Shown: one piece after another, positions 43,213 through 52,496 of the stretch
Position numbering within the stretch: the stretch's first letter is position 1
How the letters are laid out: each line of letters opens with the position of its first letter
NCBI GenBank assembly: GCA_963826115.1
Contig: CAWGVS010000011.1
Location: forward strand, 160,001-224,000
Source of the DNA: an uncultured Candidatus Rokubacteria bacterium
GTDB lineage: Bacteria; Methylomirabilota; Methylomirabilia; Rokubacteriales; DASRDR01
DNA: 64,000 nt
Direction of reading: 5' to 3'
Program-made: the position numbers and the translations under genes
Notes under the pieces: generated by a model
The model's database searches: none
What the model saw: only the letters and a program-made list of their open reading frames with translations
Told to the model about the DNA's origin: nothing

Positions 43213-44727
43213 TCAGGATTCTCCGTTCGCCGCGGCCGGTGGTCGCCAGGCAGGCGGCGCGAGCCGCCGCCGCCCGTCCTTCGCGAGCCTCACGTCCGGA
43301 TCATCCGGATCGAGATCGCGGTCCCAGAGCTTGCAGGTCACCTGCTTGTGCCGCTGGTCCAGGCCCTCGCAGTAGTTCGTGAACTCACAGCGTCGGACGA
43401 GGTGCCCGTAGCCCAGGCGGATCTTCCGGAACCAGTCCGGATCGGCGAGAGTCTGGCGGGCGGCCGCCACGACGTCCGCCTCCCCGCGGGCCAGGATGCC
43501 CTCCGCCTGGTCGAAGGTGGACACGCCGCCGCTCGTGATCACCGGGACCTGGTGCCCCGCCGCCCGGAGGCCCGCTCGGATGGCGGCCGCCAGCGGCACG
43601 TTGCGGCCGAACGGGCCTCGCGCGTCCGACATCACGGTGGGCATGCATTCATGGCCCGATTCTCCGGTATAGGGGTAGACCGCCTCGCCGACCTTGGGCT
43701 GCCGGGCGTCCTCGAATCGGCCGCCCTTGGACACCGAGAGGTAATCCGCGCGGCCCTCGGCGAAGCGCAGCCCGAACCAGATCGCGTCGTCGACGTCATT
43801 GCCGCCCGCCACGACGTCGTGGCCGAGGTAGCGGACGCCGACGACGTAATCGGCGCCGACCTCGTTCCGGACCGTGTGGAGCACCTCCAGCGGGAGCCGC
43901 GCCCGCTCCGGGCGAGCCCCACCGTAGCCGTCGGTCCGCCGGTTCAGCCGGGAGAGGAACGAGGCCATCGTGTACGCGTGAGCGTAGTGAAGCTCGACGC
44001 CATCGAAGCCCGCCTCCCGCGCCCGCCGCGAGGCGTCGGCGAAGAGGTCTGGCAGGACCCGCGGCAGGTCGCGAATGTGGGGCAGGTGGAGGTCGTCCAC
44101 CCGCTCACGATAGCCATAGTCGAGCGACTCCCGCTCGCGCGCGCTGAGGACGGCCTCGACGAGGGAGCGTCCGGCGTCCGCCAGACGGGCCCGCACCTCG
44201 GCGTCCGGTGCCGCGGCGACGTCATGCCACCGCGGGTCGTCGAGGGCCTCGGCCAGGCGGCGCCGAAGGTCGGCTCCGATCTCGAGATAGCGGGCGAAGA
44301 ACTGGGCGGGCTCCGGTCGCCGCCGGACCGCGACGAAGTCGATGACCTGGATGAAGAGACGAGTCCGCCCCTCGCTCCGCTCACGCACCGTCTCGACGAG
44401 GCGGCGGAGCCCGGGGACGAAGCGGTCACTGCCGATGCGGAGGAGCGGGCCGCTCGGCACGTCGCGGATGCCGGTTGCCTCCACGACCAGCACGCCGGGC
44501 TGGCCCGCGGCGAAGCGGCCGTACCACTCGAGCACGTCGGGGGTGACGTCGCCGTCCTCGGTCGCCCGCCAGGGAACCATCGCCGGCACCCACGTGCGGT
44601 CGGCAGCCAGGCAGTGGGGGCCGAGCCGGACGGGGGAGAACCAGCGGGCCTGTTCGGCCTCCTCGCGCGTCGGCCAGCGCGCCGGAGGGAGCGCGTGTCG
44701 GACCCGGGGCGGCGTCGCGACGGCCAC
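43213..44727 (-). CDS. NADH:flavin oxidoreductase (Old Yellow Enzyme family) with C-terminal Cys motif
   Basis: RTWVPAMVPWRA, VEATG, GFDGVELHYAHAYT, AARQTLADPDW, RRCEFTNYCEGLD..VTC. Confidence 0.85.
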   Translation of the reverse strand: MAVATPPRVRHALPPARWPTREEAEQARWFSPVRLGPHCLAADRTWVPAMVPWRATEDGDVTPDVLEWYGRFAAGQPGVLVVEATGIRDVPSGPLLRIGSDRFVPGLRRLVETVRERSEGRTRLFIQVIDFVAVRRRPEPAQFFARYLEIGADLRRRLAEALDDPRWHDVAAAPDAEVRARLADAGRSLVEAVLSARERESLDYGYRERVDDLHLPHIRDLPRVLPDLFADASRRAREAGFDGVELHYAHAYTMASFLSRLNRRTDGYGGARPERARLPLEVLHTVRNEVGADYVVGVRYLGHDVVAGGNDVDDAIWFGLRFAEGRADYLSVSKGGRFEDARQPKVGEAVYPYTGESGHECMPTVMSDARGPFGRNVPLAAAIRAGLRAAGHQVPVITSGGVSTFDQAEGILARGEADVVAAARQTLADPDWFRKIRLGYGHLVRRCEFTNYCEGLDQRHKQVTCKLWDRDLDPDDPDVRLAKDGRRRLAPPAWRPPAAANGES

Positions 44728-44848
44728 CTGGCCAGCTTACCGCGGCGCCGCGCCGCTGGCAGCCACCCGGCCGCGGCCGCCGCGGATCTTGCGGGTGCCC
44801 GTTGGTTGAACCGCAACGGCCCGGGTGCTACGGTGCGATATTGTGCGC

Positions 44849-46177
44849 GTGAAATCGGCCCAGGCACGAGAGAGCCGGGGTCGCGACCGGTCGCGACCCC
44901 GGCTCGATACAACGGTTGTGGTCGCGACGGTCCTGGTGATCGGCCTGAGCGGCGGTTGCGGGCTCGGCGGGCGCGGTGCGAAGCCGGCAGGCGAGACGAA
45001 GGCGCCGCCGGCCGACTCTCCCGCTGCGCTGCGACAGGAGGTGGACCACCTCCGCGGCGATGTCGCCGAGCTCCGGACGCGCGTGGAGGCGTCGCAACGC
45101 ACCGGCACGGAGCACGCGGACCGGGTCGCGCAGGAGACCCGAGCGGAGTTCGATGCCGTCCAGAAGGCGATGGAGGCGTCGTCCCGCCACGACCTCCAGC
45201 GCCAGGTCGAGGTGCTCGACGCCCAGGCCCGGCGCATCGATCTTCTGGAGAGGCGAGCGGCCGAGCTGAGCCAGACGCTGCGCCGGGTCGAGCTGAGTCT
45301 CGCCGGGATCGAGAGCCAGCTCGCCCGGGTGCTCGACTCTGCATCGTCAGCCACGTCCGGGGCCCGAGGCGGCTCACCCACACGGTCACCGGCCGCGTCG
45401 CCGGCACCTCGTCCCGCCGAGGAGTCGGTACCGCCGGCCTCGGCGCCGGACAGCGCCGCGGCAGGCGCCGGGCTGACACCGCCGGCGATGCTGGGGACTT
45501 CGCGCAACGCCAGAACCGCGGCGCCGACCCCGCCGGCAGCCGCTCCGCCGCGCGAGACGAAGATCGACGCTGGGGAGAGCGCCCGCGTGACCGACGCGCC
45601 GCCGGCCGCGAAGAAGACGGAAGCGCCGCGCGCCTCCGCGACTCGCCCGGCCCCCGACGCGGCGCGGGTGGCGAAGACGGCCCCATCTTCCGTCGAACCG
45701 AAGGCCGTCGAACCGAAAGCGGCGGCCCCGGAGCGTCCGGCGGGAGCGACGCCACAGCGCCCCGCCAAGGCCAGACCGGCGGCGACCCTCCCCGCGGCGG
45801 GCTCGCTCACCGCCCGCGCCCTCTTCGACCGTGCCATGGAGAACTGGAACAAGGGCGAGCAGGGGCAGGCCGCCCTGGAGTTCGAGGAGCTCGTCCAGAC
45901 GTTCCCGACGGACCCGCTCGCCGCGTCGGCGCAGTTCCGGATCGGCGAGGCGTACTACGCCGCGCGCGACTTCGAGCGCGCTTCGCTCGAGTACAAGAAG
46001 GCCGTCGCCCTCGATCCGAAGGGGAAGGACACGCCCCAGGCCCTGCTCCGCCTCGGCCTCGCGTATCGCGCTCAGAAGCGAGAATCCGACGCGCGGCAGG
46101 CCTGGAGCCAGCTCGTCCGTGACTTTCCGGAGAGCGACGCTGCCGAGGAAGCGCGCCGGGCGCTGCGCGGGCGCTGA
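44849..46177 (+). CDS. CpoB/YbgF-like lipoprotein (coiled coil, long Pro/Ala linker, C-terminal TPR); start uncertain
   Basis: Lipobox-like GLSGGC, coiled coil, AQFRIGEAYY, TPQALLRLG, LVRDFPESDAA. Confidence 0.8.
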   Translation: MKSAQARESRGRDRSRPRLDTTVVVATVLVIGLSGGCGLGGRGAKPAGETKAPPADSPAALRQEVDHLRGDVAELRTRVEASQRTGTEHADRVAQETRAEFDAVQKAMEASSRHDLQRQVEVLDAQARRIDLLERRAAELSQTLRRVELSLAGIESQLARVLDSASSATSGARGGSPTRSPAASPAPRPAEESVPPASAPDSAAAGAGLTPPAMLGTSRNARTAAPTPPAAAPPRETKIDAGESARVTDAPPAAKKTEAPRASATRPAPDAARVAKTAPSSVEPKAVEPKAAAPERPAGATPQRPAKARPAATLPAAGSLTARALFDRAMENWNKGEQGQAALEFEELVQTFPTDPLAASAQFRIGEAYYAARDFERASLEYKKAVALDPKGKDTPQALLRLGLAYRAQKRESDARQAWSQLVRDFPESDAAEEARRALRGR

Positions 46178-46229
46178 CCGGCGCGCGCGGACCCGTTCCT
46201 CCGACACCATCAGAGGACGCGCCGAGGCC

Positions 46230-47135
46230 ATGGAGTCAGCGGACGACGTCCGAGCGAGCCTTGCCGTTGCCCCGCTCGGGGACCTTCGCCCGCACGAGGC
46301 CACCTCCCCGGACGGTGAGTCCCGCGTGGCTGATCTCCTCGGGGCCGCGCGCGTTCTGTCCTGGCCGCTCGTCGTGGATGCCGCGTCCGGGCTGATCCTG
46401 GATGGGAGCCATCGCGCCGTCGTCCTCGCCCGCGACTTCGGCGCGCGCTTCGCCGTGATCCAGCGGGTCGACCTCGACTCGCCGGACGTACGCATCGGAA
46501 CCTGGTGCCGCGTGCTCGAGAGCGTGCCCGCCGCCGCCTTCGACGCCGCCCGCCGCGCGCTCGGGCTCGAGGTCGGCGCGGAGGGAGGCCTCCGATGTCA
46601 CTACGGCGACCGTGTCTACGGCCGGCCCGGGCCCCAGGCGTCGGATCCTCACGCTCTGGCGAGTGAGGTCGAGCGACTCGTCTCACGGAACGGCCGCCGG
46701 CGCCCGCCGCGTCTGGTCGAGGACGAGGTGATCGCCGAGTGGCTGGCTGCGGCCGACGTCGTCGTCTTGCGTCCGCCGGCGCTCGACAAGCCAACCGTGC
46801 GCGAGCGGGCGGCCGGTCCGCTCCTGCCGCCAAAGTCGACCCGCTTCCTCTTGCCGTACCGGGTGCTCGGGCTTGCCGTGCCGCTCGCGGCGCTCGGGGG
46901 ACCGCGAGCGGGGCTCGTGGCCGAGGTCGAGCGCGAGCGGGCGCGGCCGCTTGCGTGCCTGGGGGACGGGCTGGCCGTCGACCGGCACTACCCCGAGCGG
47001 CTCTGGCAGTTCGCCGACCATCGAATTCCCGACAATCTCTTCGCGGACGAGGCGGGACGCCACGCATACGCGGACGCGCTCGCGCGGGCGACGTTCCCGG
47101 ATCCGGCGCGACCCGGCCCACGCCGTCAAGGCTGA
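46230..47135 (+). CDS. ParB/Srx-fold protein, SerK/SbnI-like free L-serine kinase candidate
   Basis: [30 protein letters not shown]...[12 protein letters not shown] in the order and spacing of SerK/SbnI. Confidence 0.7.
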   Translation: MESADDVRASLAVAPLGDLRPHEATSPDGESRVADLLGAARVLSWPLVVDAASGLILDGSHRAVVLARDFGARFAVIQRVDLDSPDVRIGTWCRVLESVPAAAFDAARRALGLEVGAEGGLRCHYGDRVYGRPGPQASDPHALASEVERLVSRNGRRRPPRLVEDEVIAEWLAAADVVVLRPPALDKPTVRERAAGPLLPPKSTRFLLPYRVLGLAVPLAALGGPRAGLVAEVERERARPLACLGDGLAVDRHYPERLWQFADHRIPDNLFADEAGRHAYADALARATFPDPARPGPRRQG

Positions 47136-47158
47136 ATCCAAGGCAGAAGGAGGCTCCC

Positions 47159-48523
47159 GTGGCCCAGACCAAGTTCGTGCTGGACGAGAAGGACCTGCCG
47201 AGCCGCTGGTACAACATCCAGGCGGACCTGCCGGCGCCGCTCCCGCCGGTGATCCACCCGGGCACGCTCCAGCCCATCGGCCCCCAGGACCTCGCGCCGC
47301 TGTTCCCGATGGAGATCATCAAGCAGGAGGTGAGCCAGGAGCGGTGGATCGACATCCCCGAGCCGGTGCGGGACGTCTACCGGCTCTGGCGGCCGACGCC
47401 CCTCTACCGCGCCCACCGCCTGGAGAAGGCGCTCGGGACGCCCGCGCGCATCTACTACAAGTGGGAGGGCGTGTCGCCCGCCGGGAGCCACAAGCCCAAC
47501 ACCGCGGTCGCCCAGGCCTACTACAACCACCAGGAGGGCGTCCGCCGCATCACGACGGAGACGGGCGCGGGGCAGTGGGGCTCGGCGCTGTCGTTCGCCT
47601 GCCAGATCTTCGGGATCGAGTGCAAGGTCTACATGGTGCGGGTCTCCTACGACCAGAAGCCGTACCGGCGGATCATGATGGAAGCGTGGGGCGGCCAGGT
47701 AGTGGCGAGCCCGTCTCGCGAGACTGCGGCCGGCCGCGCGATTCTTGCGAAGGACCCGCAGTCGCCGGGAAGCCTCGGCATCGCGATCTCGGAAGCGGTC
47801 GAGGAGGCGGCCCAGCGCGAGGACACGAAGTACTCGCTCGGTTCGGTGCTGAACCACGTGCTGACGCACCAGACGGTGATCGGGCTGGAGGCCCAGCGGC
47901 AGCTCGAGATGGCGGGCGACCGTCCGGACATCCTCGTCGGCTGCATCGGGGGCGGCTCGAACTTCGGCGGGTTCACGTTCCCCTTCCTCCAGGACAAGCT
48001 GAACGGGCGGTGGAAGGACCTTCGCGTCATCGCCGTCGAGCCCCAGGCGACTCCGAGCCTCACCAAGGGCGAGTACGTCTACGACTTCGGTGACACCGGA
48101 CAGATGACGCCGCTGATCAAGATGTACACCCTCGGCCACTCCTTCATCCCGGCGCCGATCCATGCGGGGGGCCTCCGCTACCACGGCATGGCTCCTCTGG
48201 TGTGCGCGCTCTACGACCACAAGGTGATCGAGGCGGTGGCCGTCCACCAGAACCCCACCTTCGAGGCGGCGCTGACGTTCGCGCGGGCGGAAGGGTTCCT
48301 GCCGGCGCCCGAGGCGGCTCACGCGATCCGGGTCGTCATCGACGAGGCGCTCCGCTGCAAGGCCTCGGGGGACCGGAAGGTCATCGCCTTCAACTTCTGC
48401 GGCCACGGCCACTTCGACCTCTCCGCCTACGAGCGCTACATGACGGGCAAGCTCGAGGACTTCGAGTACCCCGCGGCGGAGGTGAAGGCGGCGCTGGCGG
48501 GGCTTCCGAAGGTCAAGGTTTAG
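47159..48523 (+). CDS. trpB2: Tryptophan synthase beta chain 2 (TrpB-like PLP enzyme)
   Basis: [23 protein letters not shown] (PLP Lys), [29 protein letters not shown]; RBS AAGGAGG. Confidence 0.95.
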   Translation: MAQTKFVLDEKDLPSRWYNIQADLPAPLPPVIHPGTLQPIGPQDLAPLFPMEIIKQEVSQERWIDIPEPVRDVYRLWRPTPLYRAHRLEKALGTPARIYYKWEGVSPAGSHKPNTAVAQAYYNHQEGVRRITTETGAGQWGSALSFACQIFGIECKVYMVRVSYDQKPYRRIMMEAWGGQVVASPSRETAAGRAILAKDPQSPGSLGIAISEAVEEAAQREDTKYSLGSVLNHVLTHQTVIGLEAQRQLEMAGDRPDILVGCIGGGSNFGGFTFPFLQDKLNGRWKDLRVIAVEPQATPSLTKGEYVYDFGDTGQMTPLIKMYTLGHSFIPAPIHAGGLRYHGMAPLVCALYDHKVIEAVAVHQNPTFEAALTFARAEGFLPAPEAAHAIRVVIDEALRCKASGDRKVIAFNFCGHGHFDLSAYERYMTGKLEDFEYPAAEVKAALAGLPKVKV

Positions 48524-48639
48524 GTCTGCCGACGTTCGACCTCGTGGGCAAGGCATGCCGGAAGAGTGACGCGGGCTCGCGACAGAGCAGGCCGTAGTCG
48601 CGGCAGCCTCGAGCCTGTCAAGCCTGCGGAGAGATCAGC

Positions 48640-48669
48640 TTGACAAGGTAGCTTCCAGAAGCTACCTTG
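48640..48669 (+). promoter_or_regulatory. vapBC promoter overlapped by a 12-bp palindromic operator
   Basis: TTGACA(48640)-17nt-TACCTT(48663); CAAGGTAGCTTC-ca-GAAGCTACCTTG at 48644-48669. Confidence 0.8.
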
Positions 48670-48675
48670 GCTCAG

Positions 48676-48966
48676 ATGCGAGCCGTTGGACTCAAGACCC
48701 TCAAGAACAAGCTCAGCGAGTACGTCAGGCTCGCGGCCGGCGGGGAGACGATCCTCGTGACGGACCGGGACCGCGTCGTGGCCGAGCTGGTGCCCCCCGG
48801 GGAGGGTCGGAGCGCCCTCCTGGGGGATGCCATGCTGGCCGAGGCCGTGCGTCGCGGCTGGGTCGTCCCCCCGTTGCTGAGCCCCGCTGGGGTGCCGCCG
48901 CGCAAGCCCGTGGCGAAGCTGAACGAGCTACTGGCGGAGCTGGAGCACGATCGAGGGGATCGGTGA
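48676..48966 (+). CDS. Phd/YefM-family antitoxin
   Basis: MRAVGLKTLKNKLSEYVRLAAGGETILVTDRDRVVAELVPP. Confidence 0.9.
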   Translation: MRAVGLKTLKNKLSEYVRLAAGGETILVTDRDRVVAELVPPGEGRSALLGDAMLAEAVRRGWVVPPLLSPAGVPPRKPVAKLNELLAELEHDRGDR

Positions 48967-49349
48967 TCTACCTCGACACGTCGGTGGCCCTGGCCCAGCT
49001 CCTCGCCGAGGATCGGATCCCTCCCCAGGCGCTGTGGGCGGGACCGCTGATCGCGAGTCGCCTCCTGGAGTATGAGCTCTGGGTGCGGATCCACGCGCGT
49101 GACCTGGGCCGCTCCCACGGCGACGAGGTTCGCGCGCTTCTGGCCCGCGTGGCCCTCGTGGAGCTGGCGCCGCCGGTGCTCGCCAGGGCGCTGGAGCCGT
49201 TCCCGGGTGCGGTCCGGACGCTCGACGCCTTCCACCTCGCCTCCCTCGAGTTCCTGCGTCAGCAGGGGCAGGCGGTGGAGCTGGCAACCTACGACGAGCG
49301 GCTCCGCAGCGCCGCGAGCGCGCTCCGGATCCCCCTCTACAGACTGTAG
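48963..49349 (+). CDS. vapC: PIN-domain toxin (VapC-like)
   Basis: MIYLDTS, LLEYE, RTLDAFHLAS, TYDERL; GTGA overlap with the antitoxin. Confidence 0.9.
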   Translation: MIYLDTSVALAQLLAEDRIPPQALWAGPLIASRLLEYELWVRIHARDLGRSHGDEVRALLARVALVELAPPVLARALEPFPGAVRTLDAFHLASLEFLRQQGQAVELATYDERLRSAASALRIPLYRL

Positions 49350-49396
49350 AGGCTCCGTCCCTCCCTTGGGCCGGCGGGAGAGCCAGTGAGCACCAG

Positions 49397-50551
49397 ATGG
49401 ACTTCCGGCTGAGCGCGGAGCAGGAGGAGTTCCGGCGGGCCGTCGCCCGCTTCGTGGACGCGGAGGTGGCGCCGGTCGCCCACGAGATCGACGAGGCGGG
49501 GGCGTTTCCCCGCGCGCTCTTCCGGCGCCTGGGCGAGCAAGGCTACCTCGCCCTTCGTTACCCCGAGGTCTACGGCGGGGCGGACGCGGACTTCGTGACC
49601 TACTGCCTCTTCGCCGAGGAGCTGGCCCGCGGGTCGATGTCGGTTGCCGCGCTCGCCGCGATGCAGAGCCTCATGGGGACGCATTTCATCTGGAAGTACG
49701 GAAGTGACGCGCTTCGCGAACGCTACCTGGTCCCGGCGCTTCGCGGGGAGAAGGTCGCCACGTTCGCTCTGACCGAGCCAAATGCGGGGTCCGACATCGG
49801 CAACCTCGCCACCAGGGCGGAGCGCGTCGAGGGCGGCTGGCGTCTCAAGGGCACCAAGACCTGGGTCACGAACGCGCCGGTCGCCGACATGCTGACGGTC
49901 TGCGCGAAAACGTCCCCCGAGCGCGGGATGAAGCACATCGCGCTGTTCCTGGTCGACCGGCAATTCCCCGGCGTGACGCTCGGCAAGAGGATCGAGAAGC
50001 TCGGCGTGCGGGCGTCGGCGACCGGCGAGATCATCCTCGACGACGTGCTCGTCCCGGACGAGCACCTCCTCGGCGGCGAGACGGGCGGGGTCGAGAAGGT
50101 GGGGGGCATCCTCTCGGAGATCCGCGTGATGACGGGCGCGCTCTCGGTCGGCCTCGGCCGTGCGGCGTACAACGCCGCGCTCCGCTACTCGAAGGAGCGC
50201 GTCACGTTCGGGAAGCCGATCGGCGAGCACCAGGCGGTGACCTTCCGGCTCGTCGACATGCTCACGCAGCTTCACGCGGCGAGCCTGCTCGTGTACCACG
50301 CAGCGTGGTGCATCGACCAGGGACGCCCGGTTACGCGGGAGGCGGCGATGACCAAGCTCTTCGCCTCCGAGGCCGCGAACCGGATCTGCGACGAGGCCTC
50401 GCGGATCTTCGCCTCGTACTCGTTCGCCACCGAGTACCCCATAGAGCGATACTTCCGAGATGCGCGCTTCCTGCTGTGGGGCGGGGGCACGAGCGAGATC
50501 CTGCGAGTCATCATCGGGCGCGACCTCGACCGTCCGTCGAGCCTCGGATGA
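49397..50551 (+). CDS. Acyl-CoA dehydrogenase family protein
   Basis: FALTEPNAGSD, GTKTWVTN, KLGVRAS, FGKPI, RYFRDAR..GGGTSEI. Confidence 0.92.
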   Translation: MDFRLSAEQEEFRRAVARFVDAEVAPVAHEIDEAGAFPRALFRRLGEQGYLALRYPEVYGGADADFVTYCLFAEELARGSMSVAALAAMQSLMGTHFIWKYGSDALRERYLVPALRGEKVATFALTEPNAGSDIGNLATRAERVEGGWRLKGTKTWVTNAPVADMLTVCAKTSPERGMKHIALFLVDRQFPGVTLGKRIEKLGVRASATGEIILDDVLVPDEHLLGGETGGVEKVGGILSEIRVMTGALSVGLGRAAYNAALRYSKERVTFGKPIGEHQAVTFRLVDMLTQLHAASLLVYHAAWCIDQGRPVTREAAMTKLFASEAANRICDEASRIFASYSFATEYPIERYFRDARFLLWGGGTSEILRVIIGRDLDRPSSLG

Positions 50552-50600
50552 CCACCATCGCCTGATCGGCCGCGCGGACACAGCCATGGGGGAGTGGTTC

Positions 50601-51068
50601 AACCGCGACGCGATGAGCCACAAGATGACCGAGGACCAGTGGGACCAGGTGCTCACGGTCAACCTCAGGGGGACCTTCCTCTGCGCCCAGGCCGCGCTGG
50701 TAGGGATGCGGGAGCGCGGCTGGGGGCGTGTGATCAACACGTCGTCGGTCGGGTCGCTCGGGAACATCGGCCAGGCCAACTACTCCGCCTCGAAGGCGGG
50801 CGTCATCGGCCTCACGCGCACGCTGGCGCTCGAGTGTGCGAAGTTCGGGATCACCGTGAACTGCGTCGCCCCGGGGCCGGTCATGACGCGGATGCTGGCG
50901 GGTGTCACCGAGGCGATTCGCGAGAAGATCGTCGCGCGCGTCCCGACCGGGCGGGTCGCCCGGCCCGACGAGATCCCCGGCGTTCACGCCTTTCTCGCCT
51001 CCGAGGACGCGGCATTCATCACGGGCCAGGTGCTCTTCGTCGACGGCGGCATGTCCGTCGGCGTCTGA
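50601..51068 (+). pseudogene. 5'-truncated FabG-like SDR
   Basis: Similarity begins at NRDAMSHKMT; has NYSASK, NCVAPG, ITGQVLFVDGG; no TGxxxGIG region. Confidence 0.75.
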
Positions 51069-51071
51069 CCC

Positions 51072-52346
51072 GTGACGATGCCCGGCGGCTCGACGGAGGA
51101 TCTTCTCCAGGCGGTCCGGACCGGCGACCTCTCGCGGCTGGCGGGACTCCTGGATGCCGATCCCGCTCTCATCCGGGCGCGCGGCCCGGGCGGTGAGACC
51201 CTGGCCCTCCTGGCCTGCTACCGACGACAGCCGGCCACCCTGGGCGTCCTGCGGGCCCGCGGCGCGGTGCTCGACGTGTTCGAGGCCGCCGCCGCCGGCG
51301 ACATCACGCGTCTGGCTCTTCTCCTGGCCGGGGCGCCTGAGCTCGTGTCCGCGTACGCCGGCGACGGCTGGACGCCTCTCCACCTCGCGGCTCACTTCGG
51401 AGAGACGCCGGCCGTCGCGCTGCTGCTCGCGCATGGCGCGGATCCTCGTGCCCGCTCGCGGAACGCGCTCGTCAACACGCCTCTTCACGCGGGGCTGGCG
51501 GGCACGGCGGGGCTCGACCTGGTGAGCCGCCTGCTTTCCGCCGGGGCGGAGGTGAACGCGGCCGATGCGGCCGGCTACACGCCGCTCCACCTCGCGGCGA
51601 GCCGAGGCGAGCTGTCGCTCGTCACCCGTCTCCTTCTCTGCGGGGCCGAGACATCGGCACGGACGGCGGAGGATCGAACCGGCGCCGACCTCGCCCGGGC
51701 GCGAGGGCATGAGGCGACGGCGCGGTTCCTGGAGACCTGGTGGGGGGAGCGCGCCCGGATCGTTGCGCGGCGAGAGCGCCAGCTATCGCCGTGGACCACG
51801 CTGATCGAGAAGGATGTCGAATTCGCGCCGGGTCGGACGCCGGACACCTATCACGCGTTCGGGCCGTTCGACTGGGTCGTCGCCGTCGCCTGGCTGCCGG
51901 ACGGGCGCGTCCCGATCGTCCGACAGTTTCGGCCAGCCGTCGAGCGGTACACCTGGGAGCTGCCATCGGGCCTGGTGGACCCGGGTGAGGATCCGGAGAC
52001 GGCATGCCGGCGGGAGCTCCTGGAGGAGACGGGCCTCCGGTCCGACCGCGTGACCTATCTCGGCGGGTATCGTCCCGACACGGGCCGCCTCGAGCTGGTC
52101 CAGCACGTCTTCCGCATCGAGGCGTCGGGGCCCGCGCCGGAGTTCGTACCGGAGCCCGGGGTTGTCGTCGAGTACGTCCGGCCCGAGACGGTGTCGGAGC
52201 TCATTCGTTCGGAGAGCTTCGTCCAGCTTCATCACATCGCCGCCTGGCTTCTGGCAACCGCTGACCGAGCTTCCCGCGCTGACGGCCTTCCTCTCCCGGG
52301 GCGCCCGCGAGCTGCCACTCGCACCGAGCGCGACGCCGGCGGCTGA
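51072..52346 (+). CDS. Ankyrin-repeat / NUDIX hydrolase fusion
   Basis: GWTPLHLAA, NTPLHAG, GYTPLHLAA, then RQFRPAV..WELPSGLVDPGEDPETACRRELLEETG. Confidence 0.85.
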   Translation: MTMPGGSTEDLLQAVRTGDLSRLAGLLDADPALIRARGPGGETLALLACYRRQPATLGVLRARGAVLDVFEAAAAGDITRLALLLAGAPELVSAYAGDGWTPLHLAAHFGETPAVALLLAHGADPRARSRNALVNTPLHAGLAGTAGLDLVSRLLSAGAEVNAADAAGYTPLHLAASRGELSLVTRLLLCGAETSARTAEDRTGADLARARGHEATARFLETWWGERARIVARRERQLSPWTTLIEKDVEFAPGRTPDTYHAFGPFDWVVAVAWLPDGRVPIVRQFRPAVERYTWELPSGLVDPGEDPETACRRELLEETGLRSDRVTYLGGYRPDTGRLELVQHVFRIEASGPAPEFVPEPGVVVEYVRPETVSELIRSESFVQLHHIAAWLLATADRASRADGLPLPGRPRAATRTERDAGG

Positions 52347-52496
52347 TCGGCGGCCTCAGCCGACGGAGCGGACGGCGGCGAAGGAGAAGGCGAAGAGCAC
52401 GAGCAGACCCAGGGGAACAGTCGCAGAGCCTCACCCAGCATTTCTGGGGTAAGGTGGAGCCGACTGTCGGCCTGTCGGCCGAAGGGAGCTTGGCGG

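Noticed and set aside
43126-46122. Very long antisense or off-frame ORFs (also 31541..34528, 25224..27623, 34381..36789)
   Set aside because: Arg/Pro/Gly-rich shadows of real genes, expected in high-GC DNA
46230-47135. Chromosome-partitioning ParB
   Set aside because: No GERRxRA box, HTH, parA or parS; the motifs fit SerK/SbnI better
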